Translations under genes and position numbers: made by a program
Assembly: GCF_963921235.1 (NCBI RefSeq)
Contig: NC_086097.1
Coordinates: 43,588,001-43,652,000 of the forward strand
Reading direction: 5' to 3'
Origin: Mobula hypostoma
Taxonomy: Eukaryota
DNA: 64,000 bases
Notes under the pieces: generated by a model
Databases searched by the model: none
The model's input: only the letters and a program-made list of their open reading frames with translations
Told to the model about the DNA's origin: nothing
Part shown: positions 29,690 through 43,360 of the stretch, one piece after another
Layout: each line of letters opens with the position of its first letter
How positions within the stretch are numbered: the stretch's first letter is position 1

Positions 29690-32438
29690 CAAAATTATTG
29701 TTGTATTTTTATTCTCACTACAAAGTTGTACATTTTTTTTAATAAGTTCAGTCTGGATAAAAGTGCACAGTGAAATGTTTAATCCACAAAAAACATACCA
29801 ACTTTGAATAAGCTTAAATATTGGACATTTCATTGTTTTAATGCCATCATTGCAACTATTTTCTACAAGAAAAACATCTTTGCCACTTATCAACTTTCGT
29901 GGTTGTTAGGAACTTTTTATTCTGTACATAGGACCATTTTGTACAAAATATGAAATCTACTTTAAGATATTACACTACTTAAAACAAAGTACAACATATG
30001 TACAATATTAAAATGAAGCCATTTATATAGGTATCACACTAAAGGTCACTTGTCATGTTACTAGACATTCCTCTTGTACAGGGCTTTAGGGTTTTAAACA
30101 AACAAAGAAACTTAAAATATGCCAATTATTAATATGCATTTAAAGAAAAACAGTCACCAGAACAAGCTTTGGAATTACTTTAACTTTAAATATTTATAAA
30201 TTTTGTTAACATAATACTGTTCATGCTAGTTGTGGGGTATCAATCTGTGCTGGTTGGTCTGCAGATTGACATTTAACCCTCCCCCAATTCTCTTTACCAA
30301 AATATCTTTTTAATTTTATGTTAAATTTAAAAAGATATTCCAACTTATCATGAATCAAGAAATCTTTATATTTCGCATAGTGAAGGTACCACTATTTTGT
30401 TAACAGCTCAAAACTTGTGCAGTCATCATCCCTTGCCAACTGGGAAATGAGGACTAGCCTCTTTAATACAATGCAAATTCTTGATTAAGGTAAAAATGTT
30501 ACCAATCACACTAACATAATAAATGCAATTCAAAATTGACTTGCAATTTGGTGAGTGTCAATCTTTAGCAATAGATATTTAAAATTAAAACTGCTAAAGA
30601 CAGGATCATATCTCAAACTGTATACAAACAATATACACTCTAGTGGCCAAAATAAAATTACAATCCTTCTGCAACATCTCACACAAACATATTGAACACC
30701 CGAAACCAATGAATATGAGAAACTACTAGTCAAAGTTAGACGGAAGTTCAAACAATGGAAATAAATATAGCACTGCAGCAGTTTGCAAGATACTATATTA
30801 TAAAAGAAAAAAGTACTGGGGAGAGATTTCAACTATTGGTGAATGTACACTTAACATCTACATGCTTAAATAAGATTTAAAAAAACATTCACTTTTCAAG
30901 TTAAACAGGAAGTGCTTTTTGAAATTTGAAGATTTATCTCACACAATAAAAAGTCGGGAAAACTTCAAATTTAACTTGTCTTTATAGCCCTGAATATCCC
31001 TTCAATTGTATACTTGTTTCATCAAGCTAGGCTCAGAAATAATCTTAAAAACAATGTAAACAAATGGGAACATGTGACAAAATTTTTAACTGTGTGGTGT
31101 TTGCAAATATTCTTACCATTCGCATTACAAATCTGCTGTCACAAAGATCTGATTCACTTGCAAAATTTGTGCTAAGTTGTACAAGACTGACCAAACACTT
31201 ATTACTTGGAGAATATGCACAAACACTTATTTTTGGTTTTCCTCTGACTAGCTCCTGATTACCGGATCATGATCAGTTACTTCACACAGCATATAACAGA
31301 TATGCAATACCTGTTTCACATACCCAGCATATCTTGTTCTAACAGGATTTGTAAAGTCTAGTGCACATTAAATTAGAACAGTGTGAGACATTTCTTTTAT
31401 TTCCAAAATCTAGTGCACTTGAAGTTAGAAGACTGACATTTTTCCAGGTCTGTTTTCCACAAGGCATCTTAAAATTTTTACTTTGACACAGAACAATTTA
31501 GAGTATACTAACAAACTGACAATTTGGATTAGAGAACTAGTAAAACTACATTTGAAAACATTAACAGGACAAAGGAATGGATTAAGATAACAGCAAACCC
31601 TGAGAGTACTTGCCACAGATGATTTAGTACTGTTGGAGATCCATCAGAACTTCTAACTTTTATTTTGCATAATATACATGGAGAAATAAGAGTTCTGACA
31701 GACTTTTAAAATAGGAGATGTCAAAATACTTGAGCAAAAAAATTAAACCCGAACCAACTCAGCAGGAATTAATTATATTATTTTAGATATCAGTGAGGGA
31801 CTAAATCAGATTTAAAATTGAATTAATTGACAGTTAAAATCTTGCAGCATTTTAAAAATCACATGTCACAACTGAGTGGAGAAAATGAATCATGGCCATA
31901 TCATTCAATGTTACTCAAAACTAAAGATTCTTTTCATGCAGTACATTAATAAAACTTAATTAAAACAGAAGGTTCGTTCTTTAAAATAGTCATATCAACT
32001 AATTCAAACTGACAATAAAGTTTACATTATAATTGGGTGTAGTAAATAAGGTTAAATGTTGTCATAATGGAAACGTGCGACTTTTTGTACTAAAAATTCA
32101 GTCTGTGACTTCTCAGGAATAAGTTTAGACTCTATATCCCATTTATTTTTAAAGACTTTAAATTAAAAAATACAAACAATTTTTAAAATTCTGTTCTGTG
32201 GACATTGCAACTCAAAGATTTAATTCCACCTTTTGTAGAAAACACTATACCCTATTTACCATTGTTTGAACTACCAAGGCTTGACTTCATAATGGTAAAG
32301 TTATTGCCTAAAAACCAAATTCAAGAAAGCAATGACTTGATGTATAGCTGATTGGTATGGCACAAAGCATAATAGCCTCTACAATAGACAGATTTCAGAG
32401 AATAACATTTTTTAAAAACAGTATTTTTCTGAAGTGAC
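29690..32438 (-). other. PPP2R5C: Probable PPP2R5C 3'UTR (~2.5-2.7 kb)
   Basis: AT-rich, without recognisable TEs, downstream of the stop; minus-strand AATAAA at 29916-29921 and 29708-29713; exact end inferred. Confidence 0.65.
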
Positions 32439-32573
32439 CTAATGCCCATCATGAGCAGATATTATCTCTTCAGCCCGGCGATGAGACTCCAAGGCCTTCA
32501 CGGTATAGATATCCTGAGGCAGTTCAGACTTGCGACGTACAAGTGGACGATCCTTTCGAAGCTCCTTCTGTGC
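32439..32573 (-). CDS. PPP2R5C: PP2A B56-gamma terminal coding exon
   Basis: ttttttttacag|GCACAG...[57 protein letters not shown] is a B56 gamma/delta hallmark; position upstream of DYNC1H1 on the same strand matches human PPP2R5C-DYNC1H1 order. Confidence 0.9.
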   Translation of the reverse strand, partial: AQKELRKDRPLVRRKSELPQDIYTVKALESHRRAEEIISAHDGH

Positions 32574-33467
32574 CTGTAAAAAAAAAGTGAATGTCAGTAG
32601 CAAGATTGACACTTAGGTTTAAAATGCAAATAAAATAATAATAATGTTTTTTCATTCGCAATCACTTTTTTAAAATTTTTGAACAGAGAAAACACTGCAG
32701 TTGAAATCTAAATTTTTTTGTAACATTCATTTAAAATGTCAAAGTAGCAGAGACTAATATCAATAAAAATCTGTTTCTTTATTAGGCTATTAGCCATAGA
32801 CATTTAATTTGGCTTTCCATTTCAATAAATCACCCTGTTAAAGTACTGATGCCAATCCCTGCAATAAGTTGTTGGTTTTAAGTTTCAGCATTTTATTCAA
32901 CACCCTCATGAACTTTGGAACAGGGACTAGTTCTCCATTAATTTCAAGAGCAGGAATGGCCAAGAGGAACATTGAAATACATTAAGGCTGACAGTCCTGC
33001 AGTTTGATCATTTTGCATGAAGTCCATGTACATGTGGAATCAGAAATGAGTCACTTACTAAGTCATAATATTGCTTTAAAAAAAAACCATAATATATATC
33101 AATGAGTTGTGAATTTCCCAAGCAGTGAACTGGATGATTATTTGTATGAGGACTGGACAGGAAAATTATTGCCCTTGGCTAGTAGTTGTACAGGGAATTG
33201 AACTATAATTTGTAGCTGGACATTGAGATGTGAAAACCAGATGAGTGAGGGGTTAGATCCCAACTACAATTAGGGAAACCAAATACACTTTGCATCCATG
33301 TTCATGGCTAGCACAAATAATACAACCTCAATGACCTCGAGTAAGTAGTACAGGTGATTTATTTCACTTCCTTTATTTCTCTTTCAGTTTTTAATTTAAA
33401 AAGTTAGTTTTAATCAATTATAAAAAAAATTAACACCCATCTGATCTTGGTTGACCAGAGACTTGGG

Positions 33468-33772
33468 TGCCATGGTGGCGTAATGGTCCACACAACACTA
33501 TTACAGCTCAGGGCATTCTGGAATACGGAATTCAATATCGGTGTCGTCTGTAAGCAGTCTGTATGTTCTTGGAGTGGAACGCGTGAGGTTTCTCCTGGGT
33601 GATCCAGTTTCCTTCCATAGTACAAAGACATATTGGGTAACGGTTAATGGTCATTATAAATTGTGCTGTGATTAGGTTAGGGTTAATTGGCTTTGCGATG
33701 GTTGCTGGGGCAGTGTGTCTCGAAGGGCCTGAAGGACCTACTCCACACTGTATAGCTAGATAAATAAATAAA
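33468..33772 (+). mobile_element. V-SINE
   Basis: Degenerate tRNA head, V-domain-like tttctcctgggtgatccagtttccttccatagtacaaagac, (taaa)n tail; related minus-strand copies at ~52050-52310 and ~52880-53120. Confidence 0.68.
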
Positions 33773-33849
33773 CTTAAAAGCAACTTAATAAGCATTGAGA
33801 TGTGAAAATGTCAGTGTTGCAGAGGCAGACCTTGGGATATGCCACCTGA

Positions 33850-36800
33850 AGTTTTATTACTTTATTAAAACAGTTGTGGATGAGTATGTCCCCACAAAAT
33901 TATTCCGTCTTTTCCAGCCAGAAGCCCTGGATGAACCATGAAATCTGCAGTCTGCTGAGGGCCAGATCAGTGACATTCAGATCTGGCGACCAAGAACGAT
34001 TCAAGTCGTCCAGAAAGCCATCTCACTTGCAAAGTAGCAATTCCAGACCAAATTTGAGTCACTGGGCTACGCTCGACAGTTGTGACAGGGCTCAAATGCC
34101 ATCACCTCCAACAAAGCGAAACCAAGCAACATAGGTGACAACACAGTTTCGCTCTCAGATGAGCTCCATGCTCACTTTAATCATTTAAAAAAAAAATACA
34201 GGAACCTTCACAAACTCCCACAGCCCCCAATGATCTTGTGATTTCAGTCTCAGAAGCTGAGGTGCGATCATCTTTCAGGAGGGTGAACCCATGGAAAGCA
34301 CCTGGCCCAAATGGGGTAACTGGCTGAGTACTAAAGACCTGATCACATGGCTGGAGTGTTCACCAATATCTTGAACCTCTTGCTTCAGCAATCTGAAGTT
34401 GCCTAAGAAGAACGTGATAAATTGCCTCAATGACCATCGTCCAGTAGCATTTACATCCATTGTGATGAAGTGCTTTGAGAAGTCGGCGATAAAACATATC
34501 AAACTCCCGCCTGATAAGCGACTTGAATCTGCTTCAATTTGCTACCGGCACAAGAAGCCCACAGCAGATGCTCTTCACTCACTGGACGGCAGAAGTGCAT
34601 ACATCAGGATGCTCAGCATCCAACATCATCATCCCCTAAAAACTAATCAATAAATTTCAAGACCTCGGCTTCAATATCTCCCTGTCTGCAAGTGAGGATA
34701 CTGAGGATCCAGTTGCACCCTAGTCAGTTTGAACTGATAACAACATCTCCCTCAACATCGGCAAGACCAAAGAGCTGATTATAGACTTCAGGATGAGGAA
34801 ACCAGAGGTCCACGAGCCAGTCCTCACTGGGGGAAATCAGAGGTGGAGAGGGACAACAGCTTCAAATTTCTCAGTGTTATCATTTCTGAGGATCTGTCCT
34901 GGGCCCAGTATGCGAGTGCAATGATGAAGAAAGCACAACAGCACCTCTGCTTCCTTAGAAGTCTGTGAAGATTCAGTGTGATATCTAGAACTTTGACAAA
35001 CTTCTATAGATGTGTGATGTAGATCAGGGGTCCCCAACCTTTTTTGCACCGCGGACCGGTTTAATATTGACAATATTCTTGTGGACCAGCTGACCGGGGT
35101 GGGGGTTGTTAATCGCGACCGGAATATAGGTGATAAGTCACTTATCAGTGGCTAATACACTCAATTTTGTTTCTAAAAGGGTTTATCTAATGAATTTAAT
35201 ATTAAACACCGCATATTTTCCTCACATGAATATAGTGATAAGTCAATTTAAGTCATGAGGTGGTTCCTTATGTCCAGTCTATTCCGCAATTTAGTTTTCA
35301 TTGCATTCATTGCAGAAAACTCCACTTCACAGAGATATGATGTTGGAAGTGGAAGCATCGTTTTCAGTGCTTTTGTGGCTATCTCAAGGTATTCAGCCTT
35401 GACTTTGATCCAGAATGCCGGCAGAGATGTTATGTCAAAAATACTTTTCAGCCCACCGTCATTTGCAAGCTCGAGGAGTTGATCTTTTTCCCGCGCTGAC
35501 ATGGATGATTCACTGGGGACATTCACAAATGGGTCACGGACCCATTCCTTTGCACGTCTTGGGTCATTTGCGGTTAGGAAGTAACGCTCAAATTCTGTAG
35601 ACAGTGAAGATAGGTGTTCACGCACCAGCTGTGAACCTCAGTCTCTCCCAAATTCCCAGCTAATGTTGGGAACATGTCAAATATGCCCCTGTCCACTCGC
35701 CATCCCCACAGTTCCAGTTTGGCTGTGAAAGCAGACACTTTATCTGCCAACTTGAAGACAGTTGTCATTCTCCCCTGAAGTGACAAATCGAGATCATTGA
35801 GCAGGTTGAGGATATCACACAGATAAGCGAATTTTGCTATCCACTCCTCGTTACTGAAGTGTGCTGCCAGTGGTGACTTTTTTCCTGAAAGAAATCACTG
35901 TAGCTGTTCTCTTAACTCAAAAATCCCTGGCCAGGGCTCTCCCCCTTGATAGCCACCTGACTTCAGTGTGTACGAGAAGGCGTTTGTGCTCTGCATCCAT
36001 TCCTCGCAATGCTGCTCAAACAGACACGAGTTAAGGGCTTTTGCTTTGATGTGATTGATAACTTCAACAATGTCACTCAATACGCTGTTAAGAGCAGGTG
36101 ACATTTTTCGGCTAGCCAGCATTTCCCTGTGTGTGACACCGTGTGGGGACTGGCATTCAGGAGCAACCTCTTTGACTTGGATAGTGAAACCAGACTCATT
36201 AAGCCATTCCAACAACTGTGCTTCGATGTCCTCCACTATGTCATCGATTCTCCTTGAAACTTTGGTAGCTGAAAGAGAAACCTGTACCATCTTGTTAGCT
36301 GCAGCTTCTCCCAACAGTTCACAGCACATTGTCCTTGGCAGCAGGCAGAATCAATTCTTCACCAACAGTGAAAAGCTTCTTAGCCTTAGCAATATGGCTA
36401 GCCACTAAGTAGATGCTCTCAGAGCAGCAGCATTTGTGGAGGTGGTGGCTCTCAGCACTTGCTCACGTTTTTTTCCACTCAAAAAACTCAGCGGGTTTGT
36501 CTTTAAGTGCAAGTGCTTGGACTCAAGGTGTCGAAGCAGTTTTGAGGGCTTCATTGCCTCATTAGACAGCTTGTCTCCACATATCACACACAGGGGGTTT
36601 GAAGTGTGCGAGTCACCGGTCACAATAAAGCCATATTTTATGTACAACTCGTCGTATTTTTGTTGAAGGAAGCTTTCTTTTTTTTTGCAGTCTCGGCCTC
36701 AGCTGTCTCTGCGTTATCACCATCGTTAGGTCTTTTATGTCCCTTACCATCTCTTACAAAGAAACTCTCAAGTGACGTTTGTTCTTTACTCATCAAGTAG

Positions 36801-37532
36801 TTAGGTTAATGACCGACTGATGTCCTCACGTGGGTAATGACTTCGCGTGCGTTCAAGTTCAACAGTGGGCGTGACGGAATGAGGAAAGGTGCAGCTGACT
36901 CATATAGTTTCCTCGCGGCCCAGTAGCACATGCTCTGCGACCCGGTGGTTGGGGACCACTGATGTAGAGTTATAACTGGTTGCATCATGGCGTGCTATAG
37001 CAACACCAATGCCATTGAACGGAAAATCCTTCAAAAAGTAGATTTGGTACAGTCCATCACAGGTAAAGGCCTCCCCACTATTGTGCATATCTGTACATAG
37101 CACGGTCGCAGGAAAACAGCACCCACCACCCAGGCCACACTTTCTTCTCGCTGCTGCCACCAGGAAGGTGTTACAGGAGCCTCAGGACCATACCACCAGG
37201 TTCAGGTTATCCCTCATCCATCAGGCTCTTGAATCAGAATAGATAACTGCATTTAACTTCACTCACCCCATCATTGAACCGTTCCCACAACCTACGGACT
37301 CTCAAGAACTCATTTCATATTCTCAATATTTTGTTTGCTTGTTTACTGTATTTTTTTGTATTTACAGTTTATTATCCTTTGCACATTGGTTGTTTATCTG
37401 TCCTGTTGGTTACTGCCTTTCATTGATTCTATTGTGTTTCTTTGATTTAATGTGAAGAAAAAGAATCTCACGGTTGTATATGGTGACATACTATTTAAGT
37501 ACTTTGTTAGTAAATTTACTTTGAACTTTGAA
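33850..37532 (+). mobile_element. Degenerate Rex1/Babar-like LINE interrupted by a hAT element
   Basis: QKPWMN, CLNDHRPVAFTSIVMKCFE; ends ctttgaactttgaa. Confidence 0.75.
35025..36961 (-). mobile_element. Buster/Charlie-type hAT transposon, internally deleted and degenerate
   Basis: 15-bp TIR caggggtccccaacc / ggttggggaccactg (14/15); 8-bp TSD atgtagat / atgtagag with central TA; transposase remnants YIKYGF..P.CVIC..LSNEAMKPSKL.RHL and KTML.LPTSYLCE.EFS. Confidence 0.92.
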
Positions 37533-37639
37533 TTATAGTTGAAGTTTGTGGTCCACTACACATAGCAGGACAGCTTTTGGGTACCAATTATCAGTGCAGC
37601 TAACTATCCATTTCAGGTTAGTGCATTTCAATATTCAAA

Positions 37640-38135
37640 GTTTAAAGTAAATTATCAAAATATATATATGACACCATATACAACCCTCAGATTCATTTTC
37701 TCATAGGCATACTCAGAAATCTGGGAACCATAATAGAATCAATAAAGAGCACACCCAACAGGATAGACAACCAACCATGTACAAAAAACAAACTGTGCAA
37801 ATACAAAAGGAAAAAGAATTAATAATAAGTAAAGCAATAAATATCGAGAACATGAGATGAAGTGTCCTTGAAAGTGAGTCCATAGATTGAAGGAACAGTT
37901 CAGGGATGGGGCAAGTGAAATTATCTCCACTAGTTCAAGACCCTGATGGTTGAGGTGTAATAACTGTTCCTGTACTTGGTGGTGCAAGTCCTGAGGCTCC
38001 TGTACCTTCTTCCAAATGGCAGCAGTGAGAAGACGGCATGACATTGTTGGTAGGGGACCCCTGATGATGGATGCCGCTTTTCTGTGACAGTATTCCGAGT
38101 AGATGTGCTCAATGGTGAGGAGGATGTTATCTATG
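37640..38135 (-). mobile_element. Rex1-like LINE 3' end
   Basis: FSLLPFGRRYRSLRTCTTKYRNSYY motif and shared 3'UTR; a similar plus-strand 3' end lies at ~60-630. Confidence 0.68.
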
Positions 38136-40690
38136 ACGAATTGGTTCCTTCTGTCCAAAGGCTTTGGTGTATCCTGAGCAACGAGTATTTCAATGCAAGA
38201 TGTATCATAAGAAAGGCAGATGATAATGCTGAAGATGAGAAAGCTGGTTTACAAACAGGCAATTTGTAGTGAGGAGAAGCTGTTGATAGGGCAAAATTGC
38301 AGTCAACAGGGTGAGTTGCAACGTAAAAGGCGGCCAAAATTGACAAGGCTGAATGTAGGACTGAAGATGATAGGTAGTTGAACATGCACAGTATAAGGAA
38401 TAAAGTAGATGAACTTGTAGCACAGATGCAGATTGGCATCTTTGATGTTGTAGGTATCAGTGAATCATGGCTGAAAGAAGATTATAGTGGGTAGCTTAAT
38501 GTCCAAGGATACACATTGTATCGAAAAGGCAGGCAGGAAGGCAGAGGGGGTGGCATTGCTCTGTTCTTAAAATTACATCAAATCATTAGAAAGAGGTGAC
38601 ACGGGGTTGGAAGGTGTTGAATCATTGTGGATAGAGCTAAGGAACTGCAAGGATAAAATGACCCTGATGGGAGTTGTATACAAACCCCCAAACAGTAGTA
38701 AGGATGTGGTCTACAGATTATAATGGGAGATAGAAAATGCATGCCAAAAGGGCAATGCTACAATAGTCATGGAGGATTTCAATATGCAGTAGATTGGGAA
38801 CATCAGGCTGGATTCCACGAGGAGAATTTCTAGAGTGCCTACAAGATGGCCTTTTAGAGCAGCTCATGGTTGAGCTCACATCCGTTGTGCAACTTGTGAG
38901 GCTGCAGCTCGTTACAGTAGCTCCATGTGTTTTTACGTTATTTAGTGTTTCTTTTGTTTGTTTTCGTATTGGCTAGCAACACTGCGAAATACCCATGAAG
39001 TTTAATCGGTTTAAGGACATTTTCATCAACCTTCAAACTCAGAATACTTTATTTCATTGAGTGCTGTGAATACAGGAGTGGAAGCAATAATGTATATACG
39101 AGGGAGCAGCTACTAGCAGCCAATAAGCAGCCTTTATTTGCCCAGCAGAAGCTCCATACTCTGGACAAGCTGAGATGGAGATAACAAGGCTACAGATTGG
39201 GTAAAAAACCGCACAACAAGAGACAGATATACAAACTATATCTCCCGTCCATCATTATGGGGAACGTAAGATCGCTGGCAACTAAAATGAGGAACTAGCA
39301 ATACTTAATGAGGACACAGAACAAATAACGGGAACGCAGCATTGTGTTTCACTGAGACATAGCTACATGAGCTAACCCCAGATTCCAATGTCACTGTGAA
39401 TGGGTTTTTAAACGCTACGAGCAGACAGAGTTAATCTACAGTGCGGTAAGAGGAAGGGAGGTGGGTTTGCTGTGCTTGTGAACAACAGATGGTGTAAACC
39501 GGTTACATTTCTGTGAAAGAATGAATCTGCAGTCCAGATATCGAACTGCTTTCTGTGGGTTTGCACCCATACTGTGTGAGTTCAACTAAGCCATATTGCT
39601 TGTTGTGTACATTCCGCCTTTCCAACGCAACCATCACGAGAATCCATTGCAGTATTGAGAGACTTCAACCATGTTTCTCTTGACAACCCTATCCACCTTC
39701 TATCAATTTGTCAAGTGCCATTTAAGAGAAAATGAAATACTGGACCTCTTGTATGCAAATATTAAAGATGTATACAGCTCCACAGCTCTTCCCCCACTTG
39801 GAAGATCAGATCATAATCTGGTTCACTCCTCCCCCCTCCAGTTCAACATGTGGATGAACAACACAGGCTACCACCATCTACATCCCTTCCTTCCCTTGCA
39901 CATACCAACCTATCCACACACCAACAATTGCCCTGATCTTCACCTCCCCCAATCTCCACCTTCCACCAACTCCCCAGTCATGAACTCACCTTCACTACTG
40001 AGCAGGTGAGAAGGGCTCTAGGGAAAGTCAGACATGGCAAAGCATTGGGACCAGATGATGTGAACCCCAAAGTCCTGAAGGAACGTGCTGAGCAGCTGTG
40101 TGGATTTCTCCAGCACATCTTCAGTGTGTGGAAAACACTTTTCCCAAGTACCCAAAAAGGGCCGACCAAAAGTCTTAAATAACTGCCATCCAGTGACCCT
40201 GACCTCAGCACATCATTAAAACCCCAGAGAGGCTGGTCCCGGCTCATTTCCGAACCCTGGTCTGATCAGCCCTCGGCCCCCCTGCAGTTTGCCTGCCAGG
40301 AGGAGCACATTGGAGTTAATGATGCCGTCATCGACTTGCTGAACAGAGCCTTTGGATGAGTAGGGCAGCACTGAGAGGATCATGTTTTCTGAATTTTCTA
40401 GTTCCTTCAATACCATACAGCCCTCATTGCTGGGGAGGAAAAGCTCTGTTCAATGCAAGCTGACACTTCCATTGTATCATGGATAACATGGACTACGCGA
40501 CTGGCAGACCAGTTTGTGCAGCTTCAGAGCTGTGAGTCAGACATGGCTACAAGCAGCAACAGGGGCCCCACACGGGGCTGTATTGGCTCCCTTCCTGTTT
40601 ACCCTGTATACCCTGGACTTTAGATACAACACTAAATCATGTCATCTGCAGAAATTCTCTGATGACTCAGCAGTAGTTGGGTGTATAAAG

Positions 40691-40806
40691 GGAGGATGGG
40701 AGGACGCAAGGGAGGAATGGAGGACGCAAGGGAGGAATGGAGGACGCAAGGGAGGAATGGAGGACGCAAGGGAGGAATGGAGGACGCAAGGGAGGAATGG
40801 AGGACG
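40691..40806. repeat. 20-bp minisatellite (ggaggaatggaggacgcaag), ~5.8 copies
   Basis: One variant unit, four perfect units and a partial unit. Confidence 0.95.
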
Positions 40807-41971
40807 GGAGGAGGAAAAGGAGGGCTTTCTCAAATGGTGCAAGCTGTGGTAGAAAAAAGGACCCTCTGAAAAATCCTGGCAATTCTGGACAATGTTTCTC
40901 ACCCCCTGCATGCCACCTTAGCTGAAAAGAAGGGGGACTAACATCCCTGTGGGAAGGTTTGCTAGTGCTGCTCTGGGGGGTTTAAACTAGATTTGCAGGG
41001 GGAGGGGAACCAGAGTGTTAGAGCAGATAGTGAGGTGGAGGAGGATAAAGGTCATGCGAGAACTGCAAGTATAGTGCGTGGAGTAAAGCCATTTCTAATA
41101 TATAAAGAGGCTTTGAGGAAAGAGAAGCAGAATAAAGGGTGTAAAGGTAGTAAGGTAGAAGGGTTAAAGTGTGTGTACTTCAATGCAAGAAGCATCAGGG
41201 ACAAAGGTGATGAACTGAGAGCTTGGATACATACATGGAATTATGATGTAGTGGCCATTACAGAGACTTGGCTGGCAGCATGGCAGCAATGGATTCTCAA
41301 TATTCCTGAATTTCACTGCTTTAAAAGGGATAGAGAGGTGGGGGGGGGGGGAAGAGGGGAGGAGGGGTGGCATTACTGGTCAGGGATACTATTACAGTTA
41401 CAGAAAGGGTGGGTAATGTAGCAGGATCCTCTTCTGAGTCAGTATGGGTAGAAGTCAGGAACAGGAAAGGAGGGGAACGTTGACTCAGACCATGAGAGGC
41501 CTGCGTTGGGCATATCCATGCCTTACAAGGCGCAGATTGGAAGGCACAGGTAGGGAGCAGTTACTCTATTGGGGGTATTCTATAGGCCCCCTGGTAGCAG
41601 CAGAGATACTGAAGAGCAGATTGGGAAGCAGATTTTGGAAAGGTGCAAAAATAACAGGGTTGTTATCATGGGTGACTTTAACTTCCCTAATATTGATTGG
41701 CACCTGATTAGTTCCAGTGGTTTAGATGAGGCAGAGTTTAAGTGTGTCCAGGATGGATTCTTGTCCCAGTATGTTGACAGGCCGACTAGGGGGAATGCCA
41801 TACTATATCTAGTATTAGGTAACGAACTGGGTCAGGTCACAGATCTCTCAGTGGGTGAACATGTGGGGGACAGTGACCACCGCTCCTTGGCCTTTAACAT
41901 TATCATGGAAAAGGATAGAATCAGAGGGGACAGGAAAATTTTTAATTGGGGAAGGGCAAATTATGAGGCTA

Positions 41972-42484
41972 CAGGTGTCCCCCACTTTCCGAATGTTCTC
42001 TTTACATTTTGCTTTTACGAAAAAAGACGCTCGCTTTAAACTTGTGTTTATCCTGAGAAAGACTACCATGGCCATGAAGCCTTGCACGGGCAGGTGTGAA
42101 TGCGTGTACGTGTGCATGCGTGAGGTGCATGTATGTGCGAATGCGTGACATGCACATGCGTGTACGTGCCGATTTCATTTGACAAATTGATTTTGGCTCA
42201 AACTTCCTATTTTGTTAAGTGAAACTACACTGTACATACATTATTTCTACTTCATATATATAGGGTGTGTATTTATCATATCATTCCTGCTTTTACTATA
42301 TGTTAATGTTATTTTAGGTTTTATGTGCTATTTGGTATGATTTGGTAGGTTATTTTTTGGGTCTGGGAAGCCTCAAAAAATTTTCCCATATAAATTAATG
42401 GTAACTGCTTCTTCGCTTTACGCCATTTCAGCTTACGAATGGTTTCATAGGAACGCTCCACATTCAGATAGCGGGAGAAACCTG
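41972..42484. mobile_element. Tc1/mariner-superfamily (Tigger-like) MITE
   Basis: TA TSD (41970-41971 / 42485-42486); imperfect TIR caggtgtccccc / gggagaaacctg; removal restores the CR1 frame YEAIRLEL. Confidence 0.85.
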
Positions 42485-43360
42485 TATAAGGCTAGAACTT
42501 GCGGTGTGAATTGGGATGATGTTTTTGCAGTGAAATGTACTATGGACATGTGGTCGATGTTTAGGGATCTCTTGCAGGACGTTAGGGATAAATTTGTCTT
42601 GGTGAGGAAGATAAAGAATGGTAAGGTGAAGGAACCATGGGTGACAAGTGAGGTGGAGAATCTAGTCAGGTGGAAGGCAGCAGCATACATTAAGTTTAGG
42701 AAGCAAGGATCAGATGGGTCTATTGAGGAATATAGGGTAGCAAGAAAGGAGCTTAAGAAGGGGCTGAGGAGAGCAAGAAGGGAGCACGAGTAGGCCTTGG
42801 CAAATAGGGTAAAGGAAACCCCAAGGCATTCTTCAATTATGTGAAGAACAAAAGGATGACAGGAGTGAAGATACGGCTGATTAGAGATAAAGGTGGGAAG
42901 ATGTGCCCGGACGCTGTGGAAGTGAGCAAGGTCCTCAATGAATACTTCCCTTCAGTATTCACCAATGAGAGGGAACTTGATGATGGTGAGGACAACATGA
43001 GTGAGGTTGATGTTCTGGAGCATGTTGATATCAAGGGACAGGAGGTGTTAGAGTTATTAAAATACATTAGAATCGATAAGTCCCCGGGGCCTGACAGAAT
43101 ATTCCCCAGGCTGCTCCACGAGGCGAGGGAAGAGATTGCTGAGCCTCTGGCTAGGATCTTTATGTCCTCGTCGTCCATAGGAATGGTACCCGAGGATTGG
43201 AGGGAGGCGAATGCTGTCCTCTTGTTCAAAAAAGGTAGTAGGGATAGTCCAGGTAATTATAGAACAGTGAGCCTCACATCTGTGGTGGGAAAGCTGTTGG
43301 AAAAGATTCTTAGAGATAGGATCTATGGGCATTTAGAGAATCATGGTCTGATCAGGGACA

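Noticed and set aside
35248..36647. Domesticated ZBED5/ZBED8/SCAND3-like gene
   Set aside because: Frameshifts and internal deletion, with intact TIRs and TSD: a transposon relic
40691..40806. CRISPR-like array
   Set aside because: Head-to-tail repeats with no spacers, no cas genes, eukaryotic context
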